Shown here: in pieces, positions 25,384 to 38,374 of the stretch
Layout of the letters: each line of letters begins with the position of its first letter
Position numbering within the stretch: position 1 is the stretch's first letter
Origin: Lingula anatina
Taxonomy: Eukaryota > Animalia > Brachiopoda
DNA: 64,000 bases
Direction of reading: 5' to 3'
NCBI GenBank assembly: GCA_051362555.1
Contig: CM120642.1
Location: forward strand, 14,074,001 to 14,138,000
Position numbers and translations under genes: made by a program
The notes under the pieces: model-generated
Told to the model about the DNA's origin: nothing
The model's database searches: none
What the model saw: only the letters and a program-made list of their open reading frames with translations

Positions 25384-26305
25384 TTTACAACAAATTTGCA
25401 ACATTTTGACGCTATTCACTTGCAAAAAATCGAACAGCATTCGACGGATAGCTCACACAGAACTGAATAGGAAAAATTCAAGCAAAAGATCCTATACTTT
25501 TTTCAAGAAGCTTTGGGATGAATCATTTAGTCCCAGTTCAATGTCGATCCTACAATCCAATTCGAAAATATGCTTTAGCAAAACTATCGTAGTAATACAA
25601 AATTCTATTAATCAATCAAGTGCAAATGTATAAATTTAACTGGGGTGGTTCAGTACTTTATTAAGGGAACAGCTTTCGAGTTATCACATTTTTTCTGAGG
25701 CAAGTCGTGTGCCAACCTATGTCCAAAAGGGTCAGCTTTTTTACTGTTAAAACATCATTTTATTCAAAACGGAAGGCAACAATGTAAAACTGTTCACCTT
25801 TAGTACAAAGTGGTGCAAAGCACTCCTGCAGCGAGGTTTTAGCTTTTGAGACTTAAATGTCGTTTTCAGTAACATATGAAATGATTAGTTAATTTTGTTT
25901 ATCAACAGTTGTGGTTGTCGTTCGGCTGGATGTCAACTGAAAATTTTCTTTTCCACGCTCTTGTTTCATAGGTGTCAAAGCTGAAATCAAACTCGTGTCA
26001 ACTGCGACACCGTGGAAAAGTCGACGAAAATCAGCTTGAAGCTGCGACCGGAGTCTCTAATTGCCTTGCCTTTCTGTCACTGAACCCCCAAATTAGGTCC
26101 TCGAAAAGTGACAACTTCCGCCCGCTATAAATCATATTGTACTCTCTCTCACTGCCAGTAAATATTCAACCTGATACAGCGATAGTGGACTCAGAACAAC
26201 AGGGATACGGATGGTAAAAATAGATAGAATAACATTCCCTCAACCTTGGCCCCGTAACGTTTTTGTACCAAACCCCATCAAATTCATATATATATAGTCA
26301 TGCTC

Positions 26306-26449
26306 TTATGTCTTTTAAGGTTACCTTTCGTGCAGATCCCCAAAGGTTTTTTTAATAAATTTAACTTAAAGGTAATTTATGTCTTTTAAGGTTACCTTTC
26401 GTGCAGATCCCCAAAGGTTTTTTTTAATAAATTTAACTTAAAGGTAATT
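26306..26449. repeat. Near-perfect ~71 bp tandem duplication
   Basis: ttatgtcttttaaggttacctttcgtgcagatccccaaaggtttttttaataaatttaacttaaaggtaat occurs twice, differing only in T-run length. Confidence 0.92.
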
Positions 26450-27040
26450 CAAATGTCTATTTGCGATAGTCGAAGAAAAATATTGGATGTGGGGGGGGGG
26501 GGGGGGGGGGGGAAACGCTCATGTCACTGTCATTCCTTCATTGAAATCACTGAATTATCCTGCGAGTTCATTCTATCAATAAATGAGCAAAAAATTCCTA
26601 AAGTTACATGTGATATGATTGATAAATCACCATCGTTTTTAAGAACCATTAATATACTTCACAACATCACCCATTTTTTATGTGACGATTTGAAAAACCA
26701 GTGTATAGATTAGGCTTAAAGAACTACTGTATTGATTTTTGTCAACTTGCTCAGTTATGTACACTCCACAACAAGTGAGGGTAGACGAATCGACCTAAAA
26801 ATGCGCCCAATATTGACCCTACGATCGAAAGTTAATGGAACTATTTAATATATAAAGAAAACACATTCCCGCAGTCCAAAGCCACATTGTAACAAAGCAT
26901 AATAGGTGGCAGTTTTCACTGGGGGAGACGATTACGGTGGTTATATTAACTGTACGTATGGCACTACGACAGGCACGTGAAAATGTGACAAGAAAACCAT
27001 CGTCCACACGCGTGGCAAAGACGGACACGTACAACGTACA

Positions 27041-27112
27041 GAGCATTGGGCAAATTTGTACTGAGAGATAGAAAGAGAGAGAGAGATTTGACTGAGCATT
27101 GGGCAAATTTGT

Positions 27113-27149
<37 letters not shown>

Positions 27150-27154
27150 ACTGA
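27041..27154. repeat. Tandem duplication of a unit containing a (GA)n microsatellite
   Basis: gagcattgggcaaatttgtact-(GA)n-tttgact occurs twice, with units starting at 27041 and 27094. Confidence 0.9.
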
Positions 27155-30100
27155 ATAAATTGCTTTTGACAAAAGACATTTAAGAATTTTTTTTCACAAC
27201 GTTTATGTGTAAGATGTGCTATGTTCAGAATCACGCGTATCCGCACGTGCATAATCAATATCAGTGGACAGTGATTTCAAATTAGTTCTTAAACCATCTA
27301 ATATGTGCTTAAAAAACGTATCACACTTTTAACTAATGTCATGCTATTTAGTTTTGCGTATACCTGGACATGCACGTGCACACCCCTCGTCCGTGTTTGC
27401 GCCAAACAAACAACAACGCAACGCAGGTAAATTTACCTGTCAGCCAAACTCGCTATACGAGCACTTATGACGTCACACTAAATACCAAGCTTTTTGTATT
27501 CAGCTTTACCTCCGCTTCAGTCAATATTATGAGCATTTTTTCATCCAGTTTTTTGGGCACTATGTACTTTTGGTGAAAGGATCTTAATAAGGTCGTTTTG
27601 TTCTTTATCAAAAAAATCTAATTCCCCCACTTGACCCTTCTTCTGAGCGTGGGAGGGCATTCCTGGCGTAGACCAAAGAGGGCCTATATTAAGAGCAGTG
27701 TAGTGTTGACGTATTGAAAAAAACACTTTCCGTCAGCCGTGTCCTGTGAATAGTACGGTCGAGGACTGCAGTCAACGGGAGACTCACTTTTACTTGCAGA
27801 TAAGGCAGCGAGGTCGGCTGCATTCATTGAGTCGGTACCGCCACAGAATACTTATTAGATACCGGGTCTAGAAAGAAGTTCGACGCTGCATAGACAGAAG
27901 AGGGTTTTAATGCGAGCTTCATACAATATTCGGGTTAGTCTCCACGCTGCAAAAAAGAATCCTGGTAAAAGGATGTCTCTGTTGAGTTGTAATAGAAATT
28001 AGACGCCGAAACTTTACTTTGCTAAAAGTACTTTATTCACAACGGACATAATAAGGCAAGGATTCGTTTACAAGACCCCCAAGGTTTGGCCATAGTTGTT
28101 CTACATACAATGCTGGACCCCGAGCGTCGAGCGAACAGGAGAGTCAACGTGCAAGTAGGTGAGCATTGTACGATGGTAGATGTGTTAAATATGGTTGATT
28201 GTATAAGATCACGAATAGCAACAGATTCTTGACAGCATGTGTCAGTGCTGGTGGTTGGTTTAGAGAGGGGTGCAGTGTACGGGGGGGGGGGGGGGGGGGG
28301 GGAGGGGGGACTGTTTCCCTGTTTTTCTAAATCTGGGACCATGTCAGCCCTAAATACCGGTCTCACCGATCACCTGCCCCATCTACTACTTCGTCCAAAC
28401 TGAGAATGAACATCTTCCTATATCACAGCTCACCTCCAAGTATTAAAACGTTTCCAGTATCTGTGGGGCAGATGATAATGAGCCTGTGTATAGATTATAG
28501 CCATTCTAACACCGGGGTAAAAACGTGGATGCGCCATTGGACTGATTTTTATCTGGTCTATCACCGGAAGAAAAGTCGCTATCATATTTCTGTGAATGAA
28601 TTATTCTTTTTTGGGCCGGTAAACAGACAGGTAAGGCATTCCTTTCACTTCTGGTGGTTTGACAAAACTATTCCCGACTAGATACGAAAATTGTAAGTGT
28701 TTGTGTTCGTGTGTGAGCATTTAAGCTTGTGCGTGTTCGTGTGTTTCTGCGTGTAGCCTACATGTGCCTGCGCATAACTGTGCACGTGTATGCATACAGG
28801 CGTGGTCGCGCAAACACAAGGGTGCGTGTGCTGCCACATGCATGCTCAACGCCAAAAACCGGGTCAGTTGACCTACGCTGTCCGAAATATTGATATTTCT
28901 TTTTCAATAATTTTACCCTGTGGGGCTTCCATCTTACTTTGCTGTAAAACCTTTAACGACGTCTTGGTATCACTTATCAGCCCAATCACTCAAGGATTTA
29001 CCGCAAAATCTTAGTTAATCCGAAAATACCACAAACATGTGATACAAGATATTCAGTTAATATGAGTTAATACAAACGCTAAGTCCCTCGGTAGTGTCCT
29101 CTTGAACGTGACAGAATGAAATAGATGTATTATTAAACCCCAATATATTTTCATTCCTGAACTGAACAAAGTAAAATTTGCATATTTTCAAGAGTGAAGA
29201 TAAGAAAGAAAGTTTCTATGGAGATGTTATAGTTTAATTCATTTTTTACTGGTGTAATTTTCAAAATTTTGACCATTGAAGCAATATGTTTTTCTACAAA
29301 AAGACATACGGAAAACTAATATAAATTCAGTATGTCTAAACCTTTTTGCTGATAGTCTTGCGAGAAGGAACTCTTTTTTTCATGCAATGTACATCCCGTT
29401 GTCTCTGTTAATGATAAGCGTCCTTTGCGACAGGAGGACCTTATGCATTTTACCACCGGTGACAAATGTAGTTAACACACTTATGATAAATTACACGTAT
29501 TAATTTACCATTCGTCTTGTCGTTAACAAGAGAGGTGAGTGACAAAAAAAGAACAGAAGGAAATGGGATAGTTCCGCTGTACGTTTTGAGTCGTTTGGGA
29601 ATTCGCGTCACGGCTTGTGCAAACTGAACCAGTAGAACGTGACTTGTAACAAGTAACTTGAGCTTTAGCATATACCACAAAAAAGGTAAACATCTACTAT
29701 ATCTACTAGGCAGTATTCATCATGCACGATATTTTTTAGTTTGAGACGGTCCCTGCTTTCATGTTGTTCATTCATACTTTTTGCGCAGTAATATTTTTCT
29801 GTGCGAAAACAGCATATCGAGCTATATTGAAAAGCATTTTTAAAAACCCACATTTCTCCTTGATTACCTTGATTAATTACATTATCAAAAACTAATATGC
29901 CTTTGGCAATATTAATAACATAAAATTTCAATTAGAAAAACGTTTTTGTTACTGTGACCCTATCTATTTATTAATGTAATTTTGCTTAGACCATTAAACG
30001 TCGTTTACCTCGATAGCTACCAAGATAAAGCGTCGTACGCACGCAGCTCGAGAGAGGCTTGCGAAGGAAAGTGTAACAATTTACAAAAACAAAAGATAGA

Positions 30101-31205
30101 TCAAAATGAATATCCGCTTTTATTTCTCCCCCCTGTGCGTATCACACCCTACAGATTTGTGCCATTGTATTCGCTCAAATGATTTCTACCTTTGTAGCGT
30201 GCGAATCATTTTCATTTTTTTCTCCATTGACCTTTTTTTATTATTTTTCTTTTATTTTTGACTATTGGGTTGTGTCGACTATTTTGGCGCGACATATTGT
30301 CATTGATCCACCCCTGTTGAATCCTCTTAGCACTATTTCATAATTTCACCGGTCTTGTCCCTTTTTTTGACAACTGACTTGACATGGCGTAGTTATGAAC
30401 TTATAATTATTACCTTGGGGAAAAATACATGACACAAAAAGTGAATCATGACGTATGACAGCAAGAACATTTTGTTACTGGTGGTGAAGTTCAACTGAAA
30501 ATAGTGTTAATGGTAGAAGAGACGGGCGGTTGACGAGTTGACGTGCTCTCATGTCCTCTGATGTGGAAGTCCCAACTGGAATTCTGTCGCAAACTGACCT
30601 CTGAATAGTCAAAAGGCTTAAATTAGACTGCACCCGCGTTCGGATGTGACAAAACCTCTCTTTGGACTTTTTCTCCATCCATTTGAGTCTCTCTCGCCAC
30701 CGGGTGCTCTAAATTCATTCAAGTCTTTCAAATTCAGAGGCGAAATTATTGGGGAAAACTATGAGCACCCGCTCTCCCCGTATAAAGATTTGGGACTTTC
30801 AGAAGCGCGTTTAGAAACGTGCGCACACATACATATCTCCAGTTTTCGATAAAAAGAACTTCCTTCTCGAGCAAGTATCGGGTGTATACGGGTCGTTGGC
30901 ACCCTCACCTGTCAAAGGAAGAGTGCCATAAGCGTGTATTTTCTACCTGCCAAAATCCGCTGACCCGCTCAGCCCGCTTGATAAACAGGCTATAGTAGTG
31001 AGAGGAGAGTCGGGATAGGGAATCTACACAGATCTTAAGACACACAGGTTCACATCTTTTACCGCATATTGAGACCACTTTCTTCTGCATTTCATACCAT
31101 GTGAAAACTGTTTTACAGAAAGGTAAGCTTAGTTTTTCTAAATATTTTATGCCTATGCCTTGCTTGATATTAGCGCAGTCGGGGCAACCCGTGTTCTGCA
31201 TGCGT

Positions 31206-31206
<1 letters not shown>

Positions 31207-31288
<82 letters not shown>

Positions 31289-31298
31289 GAGAGAGAGA
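31207..31298. repeat. Compound (GT)n(GA)n microsatellite
   Basis: Directly visible. It explains the low-complexity ORFs at 31101 and 31160. Confidence 0.97.
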
Positions 31299-33847
31299 AA
31301 AGGGATTTGTTATTTAATGGCTTATTGGAAAGGAAATGGAGGGTTATACTCGCTTTATTAGCGTGTAGGACAAGTGTTTGAAGGTAAGGAGACAGTAAGA
31401 ACTGAGGGCGATTTTAAATAATATGTGTTTTCTGCAAGGTCAAAGATTAATGAAGTTCAAAATACACAATGGTGTTGTAAAATCCACACCTTTTTATTTT
31501 TATGAAGTTCATTTAAAATTCAAATAATGGTTCCCTTCTGTGCAGCGTTGAACTTGTCAGTGTTAAAGGCCGAGAACTAATCGAGATTTAAAAAAAATAG
31601 AAAAAAAGAAAAGGGCTTACTGCAGCAACTGCGTCAGCGAGGATGATTTAACGTCACGTACGATGTGTTGAGGGAACTGAAGATAACCAGAACCGTTTAA
31701 CAAAAAAAAAAAAAAAAAAAAAAAGTCAGAAAAAAACACCATCGCAGACGGAAACGCGTAAATAACCTACTTTAGGACAGAACACAGGAAAAAATATAAT
31801 TCGCACATATATCTCATGGAGTAAACTACATGAGATATATATATATATGTGTGTAATGTGTGTATGTAGAATGAAGACCAGATTCGGTTCAGTGGTCTCT
31901 GGATGTATCACGTGACCCGGGACGTCAATCAAAACCTGTCGGGACTCCAGAGTTGTGGAGAGGGGCCCTTTGATGGCAGTAGTGTGTGCTGGGGAGGGGG
32001 GTGTATTGGCGGGGGTGAGGGGGGTGGGGGTACTGCACTGTAAATTTGGGAAATAATTACATAGAGCGTCATTCTTTGAATGTGTGGCGCTCACGATAAA
32101 AGATGGGAAGCACTTGGTTTCGGGTTGGGAGCGCCCCCTCTCCTCTAAAAGATACCGATGAAGGTCGCCAGTATGCGTCTTTCCAGTGTGGGACGGTTGG
32201 TAGTTATCAATGAAGGAATAAAGAGGCAATTTAAAGTTTTCACTTTTTGGCCTACTAATGTGTTTGACAGTTAAGAGGGTATGATATCGTGGTGAATGTC
32301 AGGTAAGAGACGGGAGGAGGACGGAAATTATAGGAGCCATGCTTATGGAGATGGGGGCGGGTTTTGTTGAGTAGTAGTCAGATTGTTGCGTCAGGGTGAA
32401 CATCTCATCTCAGATGGAGTGGTAAAAAATAGAGACATTGAATCTTGGCAATCGTATTACATGACCAGTATTTTGTATAAAAACAATTATAAAAGCTACA
32501 AAGTTAAAGTTGGGTGAAAAGTTTGGAAAATATTTCTCTTTCAGATCAAGTGACCAGTCTCAAATTTAGCACAGCAAACAGTCGGCTCGAGGTCATAAAT
32601 CAACATTTCCTCAACATCTTAACATTTTCTTTGAGGAAAACATCAACTCGTTATGTATATTTTGGTCATTGAAAGCGTGTGGACAAAGCTGGTCAGTCTG
32701 AGGGTCAATATTGACCAAACATACCCACGGCAAACAGTTATTACCAGGCACTCTCTGCCTGTGAGCTCTCTTGATGATTATGTCTCTTGTATAGAAATAT
32801 GTGTAAAACAGAAGCTGTTTCAAATATATAGTCAGAATTGGACTGATCCTAGGACCTAAGCCGATCTTTTTTCTTTCCCTCCCTCCCTTCCTCTCTCCAT
32901 CTCTCTCTCATTCTCTCTCGTGTCGCACCAAACGCAATGGTAACCCACGCTGCCCATCAGTTGAGGGGGATGGAAAGGCAACATGGAAGAAGTTCACGTC
33001 CAGCAGCCTATTAAGAAAAACTGTTAAGAAATGTGAATTTTTGTACTGGTATAAAACCGATCGGAATCAAACCATTTCTCCGTTTCTTAAGAAAAAAAAT
33101 TAAACAAAACGTCAGATGTGCATCCAGCGTTCTTCTTCACCTGTTTTCTGAATGGGTGTATTTTTAGTTGCACACCTGGTTTGTTCGTCGAATTTCCGTG
33201 TTATACGAATAGACCGTTCTAGAGCACATTGACCAGGTTACCAAGGTTTGGAATGTCCACGGTCGACGAACGCAATGAAGATCCTTAATAGGCAGTACGA
33301 GTGACCTATGCTCGAGGGAAACGCGCTGCGATCAGTAAATCACATTTGCGATGCTAAAAATACCATCTTCGGTTTGTAAGTTGTCTCACAGATACGAGAA
33401 ACTTGCTGTAGAATAGTTCGTATGGTTTCTTTTGTTCCATTTTTCTTATGATTAATTTGGCTTTCTGGTTTTTCCTGCTATTTGTTTTCTCTAGATCTCC
33501 TACGAAAATTAATGGCTCGACCCAAAATGAATATAATTACAAAATTTTGAATTATGAAAAATTAGAATGAAAAGAAATGGATAATGACAGTCTAAACAAA
33601 ATTGTAACTGATAAGTTTTGATATGAAAAAAAAAAAACTGAATTAAAAGTTTGAAAGCGAATCCAATATTTCTTATGTGTAAATGTTGATTGTAAATTGA
33701 TTGAATTCGCAATACCTGTCTATTTTCTGGACCCACTGGTCATTTGGGCTGTCCGTCTATAATATTTGAAGAAAACAAACATCAGGACATACGTCAGACA
33801 CTAAACCACTGAAAAAAAATGCCAGTAGACGTAGTGTTGTGTTTGAA

Positions 33848-34012
33848 TGAGTGGCCTAAGCAGGAAAGAAGTATAGCTTATCTCGGAACCGGAGCATGAG
33901 CAGCTCAATCGAGCAAATCTCCCGGCTGCTTGAATGAGAGCCGTTGGTCTCGGCGGACATGCTAAAATAGAGAGGTAAATGATGACTTGTTATTTCATTC
34001 ATTCATCCATTC
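33848..34012 (+). mobile_element. Possible degenerate tRNA-derived SINE
   Basis: A-box-like tggcctaagcagg, a weak B-box-like gagcaaatctc, a central gccgttggtctcgg and an (ATTC)n-like tail. Confidence 0.3.
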
Positions 34013-36366
34013 GCCAAGCTAAGCTGCAGCTAGTTCCGTCGGTTATTATTATTTTCTCTGATTTAATAGTCCGTGAGACATACCGCAATATATCAATGAT
34101 AAATGTTCTCTAACCTCTAAATCACTGAACAGATGATTTAAAATGAAAAGAAGGGGGCGTGGTTTAGAAAAATATATAACATTTTTGTTACGCAGAATTT
34201 ACAAAGCGATGTCGAATAGTTACATCACATTCACATCATTTGACCTCCACGGAATGTAACAATTAGCTACAATGTATGCTGACATCACTAGGAACAGATG
34301 AGGGTGGCAGCAGTGCGATATTCTCACGCATCTTGACGCGAGTCGAGATCTCGATGACCCCCTGCTTCACCCTTGACAATCTTCAATCTCCCCCACTCTC
34401 CAGGTGTCCCATTCATTAATGCGCCCATGTGCCGTGAAGCGTAAAGCTGGAGGAAAATTAAAACCCACCTAAGGTTTGACAAGTGGGACCCTTATAGTAA
34501 ATACGGTCACTGCCACAGGTAGATTTTAAGACCAGGTGTTACAGAGGTGCGTTACTTGAAGCCATCAGTTTATTGACAAGGTTAGGTAGTGACCTATCTT
34601 GACTGAGTTACCATCCTTAACAGTAGTGGCTTCACTCTACACGCATGCAAACCGCCGGTAGTTGGAAGTCCGTGTAGAAAAGCATGGTTTCCCTTGACGA
34701 AGCCACTGGCGCACAACTGGATTTCCCGTGGCAGTGAAACCGCAACATTAGGTAAGCGACGTGTTGAATACACTCCCGTGGTTTCGCTTCACACTATTTG
34801 GCCGATGAATCATGTTATTTGGGTGACCAGTGCAGTAAACCATTAAAAATCACACGGACATTTAAATCGGAAATTATTCTCTCTCTTTCTACTATATGGT
34901 TGTGCTTAAAATGACGCGAATTCATCGATTATTCATGGATTATTAATTTTGATGAAAAAAGGTAAGTTGGTTTTGTTTCATAATTTCTGACAGGAACTCT
35001 ATTAGTGGATAATTATTGCTATTTGACCAAACTGGTGTTGACGGGCTATGTGCGCTCTCATGAAATGTACTCATTAGCGTTTCATCAGAATGTTAATTAC
35101 TCGATGAACGCAACCATGAATGAATACCTAAGGTGTGCTTTTCAGGGGTGCTTTTATGTCAAAATGTGCCATTTTATTAAACTTGATATTAAACAAATAC
35201 TAAAACAGTAAATAACTTTGAGTAAATGCTTTAAAACTATAGACTTTTGGCGGGAGTATGGACAGTCTACGCTTTCATTGATCCTTTTTGTTCTTTTGTT
35301 TGCGCAGTAAGTCACGTGCCTTCTGAGCCAGTCGATCTTTTAACCGCGAGAGGGAAGTAGATAAATTAGAGCATCAGAATATCAGCGGCACATGGCACGC
35401 TCATTTTTTATCAAAACCCACTTCCTATGGAATTGGGGCATTCTATCTCATTCAAATCGAGCAATCAATAAATCTTCGTAGAATTTCGTGTCTAACTACC
35501 ATAAACCTGGTACATGACGGCTAATTGGTTGAAATGTACAACAACCTGTGTCCCCTTTTCACTGAATAAACATGGTCCGGAAGCTCTGTAGGGAGGTCAT
35601 TTCTGGTGTCAGGTTTCGTCCATATATGGAGACTAATGCAAGTAGGCGGTTTCAGACAGTAAAGCCAGAACTGACTTAACGCTCGTCGAACGGTCCAATA
35701 CACTACGGATTTACAAAACATGTATTAGGACTATGGAGCTTGAGAATTATAGGACGTTATTATAAAGGTAAGATGAACTCGTTTTAGTAGAGAAACATTA
35801 ATTTAGCACTGGTGTTCGCTTGGAGGTGAGCTCGAGCTCTCCATTCATAAATGCGGAATAGCCTCATTGAATCAATCTGAAAACAAACCGTCAGAGCACA
35901 CGTTTAAACTAGGTTAACCCCCTCTTGATAGATCACCACACCGGTAGGTTATCTGAATGTTTGGACAGGGTGATAGCTGTGTAGAGGACGGTGTTTGAGG
36001 CACAACGTGGCCTGTGTGACTGTCTTACGGAACGAGCGGATTTCTTTCCTTCAGGCTTTAGTTTACGCCGGCCGTTTCACTCCCGTGTTAACCCTCCCCA
36101 TTTCCTGCCATACTTGTGTTCGTGTTTGAGTAATCTACGGAGGGCTGTCAGTTGGTACATCCGTTCTCAGTGCGTTTGCCAACCAGATGGTCAGATCCAA
36201 GCCTGGGATATCCGGCCTCCGTATCGCCGAGATGAAGAACACACCGAGCATCATGGCTGCGGCGAAAGTTTGCGTAGTGGCTGTCGACGTGCTCGATACA
36301 TTGTAACTTTTCATTTAAATACCCCAATTGAAACTTTGTTATTTTATATGACTTTTAGGTTTGTCA

Positions 36367-37269
36367 ATGGAGCAGTCCGAGCAACATGGAACACGCAGAA
36401 TAAGTGCCGAGGCTGCAAGTCGGTTGGCAAAGCAGCAGGAAACCCCGCCTCCTTTGCCGACACGGCCGGGACGGGCACAGAGGACTAGCCCCGTGTGTGG
36501 ACGGAATGTCGTTAGTATTGACAGAATACAGCCCTCGAGGGCAATGAACAACTATGTGGGCCTGCCTCCCCCACCGAGGCCGCCACCTCCTAAGAAAAAG
36601 GAGTCAGACGTGCAAAATTTAGACAAAACTACAGGTGCCCCCACCACCTCTCTTTCTACAGTTGAACAGAACAGACTGAACCGGACTAAAGAGGTAGAAC
36701 TAAAGCGTCAGCAACAACAGTTTCAGCCTGACGACCATCCTGTTATTGTGACACAACCACAGACAGCAAAGGAAGGGTTGCAAATTACCATCGACCCAGA
36801 ACTGACGGAGAATCACAATAGTTCAATAATTTGTCCGCGTTGTCAGAAGTGCAGATGCCGGAGATGTGTTGAAGGTCCCTCAGAATTACCTTCAAGGTGG
36901 ATTTGTAATGGCAAACAAGAGTGTTCAGCAAATTGTATTGTGGACAAAGTCAGTTGCCTGTGCTGTATTCAAGGACTGTTTTATCACTGTTACAAGGATA
37001 GAGAACAAGACCTAGAGGTCTCTGCCTCGGACGATCCGTGTGCATGCTGTGAGAGGCCACACTGTTTTAAACGCTGGTCTACGATGGCTGCATTATCGGT
37101 GTGCCTGCCATGTCTGTGTCTGTACTTCCCTCTCAAGGGATGTGTCGCGCTTTGCACGTGTTGCTACAACCGCTCCAAAAGGACTGGGTGCACATGTAAA
37201 GCGGAGGAGCGCCCCACAGACAGTGCTCTTAAGGGTTTATTGATCGAGTCAGAGAGTTCGAGTGCGTGA
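36367..37269 (+). CDS. SPRY: Sprouty family RTK/Ras-MAPK feedback antagonist, 300 aa, single coding exon
   Basis: Acceptor ttttAG at 36357-36358, ATG at 36367 and TGA ending at 37269. Contains the N-terminal NNYVGLP tyrosine motif and a C-terminal Cys-rich SPR domain (CPRCQKCRCRRC...LPSRWIC...SCLCCIQGLFYHC...DDPCAC...RWSTMAALSVCLPCLCLYFPLKGC...GCTC). There is no EVH1 domain, so Sprouty rather than Spred. Confidence 0.96.
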   Translation: MEQSEQHGTRRISAEAASRLAKQQETPPPLPTRPGRAQRTSPVCGRNVVSIDRIQPSRAMNNYVGLPPPPRPPPPKKKESDVQNLDKTTGAPTTSLSTVEQNRLNRTKEVELKRQQQQFQPDDHPVIVTQPQTAKEGLQITIDPELTENHNSSIICPRCQKCRCRRCVEGPSELPSRWICNGKQECSANCIVDKVSCLCCIQGLFYHCYKDREQDLEVSASDDPCACCERPHCFKRWSTMAALSVCLPCLCLYFPLKGCVALCTCCYNRSKRTGCTCKAEERPTDSALKGLLIESESSSA

Positions 37270-38368
37270 TAGTGGAGCCATGAGTGTGATGATGGAGAGG
37301 ACATGATTTTTGACGGCATTGTTACTTTTACTACCTGAAATCCTATGGATGTGGAGAACTACGTTGGATTGTTCGATGTTTCAACAATTTTACAAAATTG
37401 TGGATTTATATGCCATATTGAAAAAGTATGGATCCCCATTTCTCTTTATTACACCTTCCGTGTCCAACTAACAAGGATTATTAAATATTGGATTATTATT
37501 ATACTTCGTACTGTGATCAACTGTAACTTAGACATGTGGAACCTTACGGCAGGTGACTTGTATTGTTACCATGGTTACGACACTGTTCTGTTTGGACGGT
37601 GGAGCTACAGGACTGCAGTTGTAAAACACTTCACTGTCACCCTGCAGTCAGGCATGGAGGTAAAATTTGTCCTAGTTGTTTAAGAGATGTAGTTGCAAAT
37701 ATATTTTTCCTACTACCACGTTGACTTGCCATCTTTTAAACAGCAGAATGGATTAAAATATGGTCATGTTGGGTGCAAGAGGCATACTGTAATATTACAA
37801 ATATGGAGGCTCATTTTGATGTTTGGACGATGGCAAGTTACTTAGTCTTTAAAAGCTCACTTAGAAGAACCCAGTGTATATGTTACTACAAATCACTGCC
37901 ATTTGTTTGGTTAAAGAAAACTATTATTTTCTAAGATAAAAAAGTTAAACAAAAAAAGAAAAAAAATCAGAAAAAGTATCATGATGTAAAATGCAAGTTG
38001 TTGATGATTGTTGATATAAATGTTATGTATATCACATTGTACAGAAATTACATTGTTAGTGTATATAGATTTACTCTAAGCAGTAAAAGCTATTTGTTAT
38101 AGAGCTAAAATTCTAAGTCATTTGCCTTAGAGTATTTGCTATAAAGGCGGGCAGATGTTCCAGTTTTAGTTTTGCAACCAAATGTGCCCATCACGTTTTG
38201 TGTACATAACTCCCTCGGTCTGATACAGTATTTATTGGTTCACAAACAATATCTCAACATTCATGTGCATATGAATTATTTTATATAAAAATCCAGACTA
38301 TTTATTTGTTGAAATGCCAGTGGTATTTACTAGAGTACAAAGAGAAAAAGAAAGAGTACCACTCATGG

Positions 38369-38374
38369 AATAAA
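38369..38374 (+). terminator. Candidate sprouty polyadenylation signal
   Basis: AATAAA ending a ~1.1 kb AU-rich UTR-like region downstream of the stop codon. Confidence 0.55.

Noticed and set aside
25343-25633. Poly-Lys ORF
   Set aside because: Produced by an A homopolymer, with no domain similarity.
28369-28475. 13 bp inverted repeat atcacctgcccca / tggggcagatgat
   Set aside because: Too short, with no TSD or second copy to support a MITE call.
31726-32229. 167 aa minus-strand ORF
   Set aside because: Low-complexity sequence derived from G-rich and microsatellite DNA, with no recognisable motif.
36361-36366. TTG start for sprouty given in the ORF track
   Set aside because: The in-frame ATG at 36367 with G at +4 is the more plausible eukaryotic start.
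35991-36488. 165 aa ORF overlapping the sprouty start in another frame
   Set aside because: GTG start, crosses the splice acceptor and has no homology; probably intronic chance.
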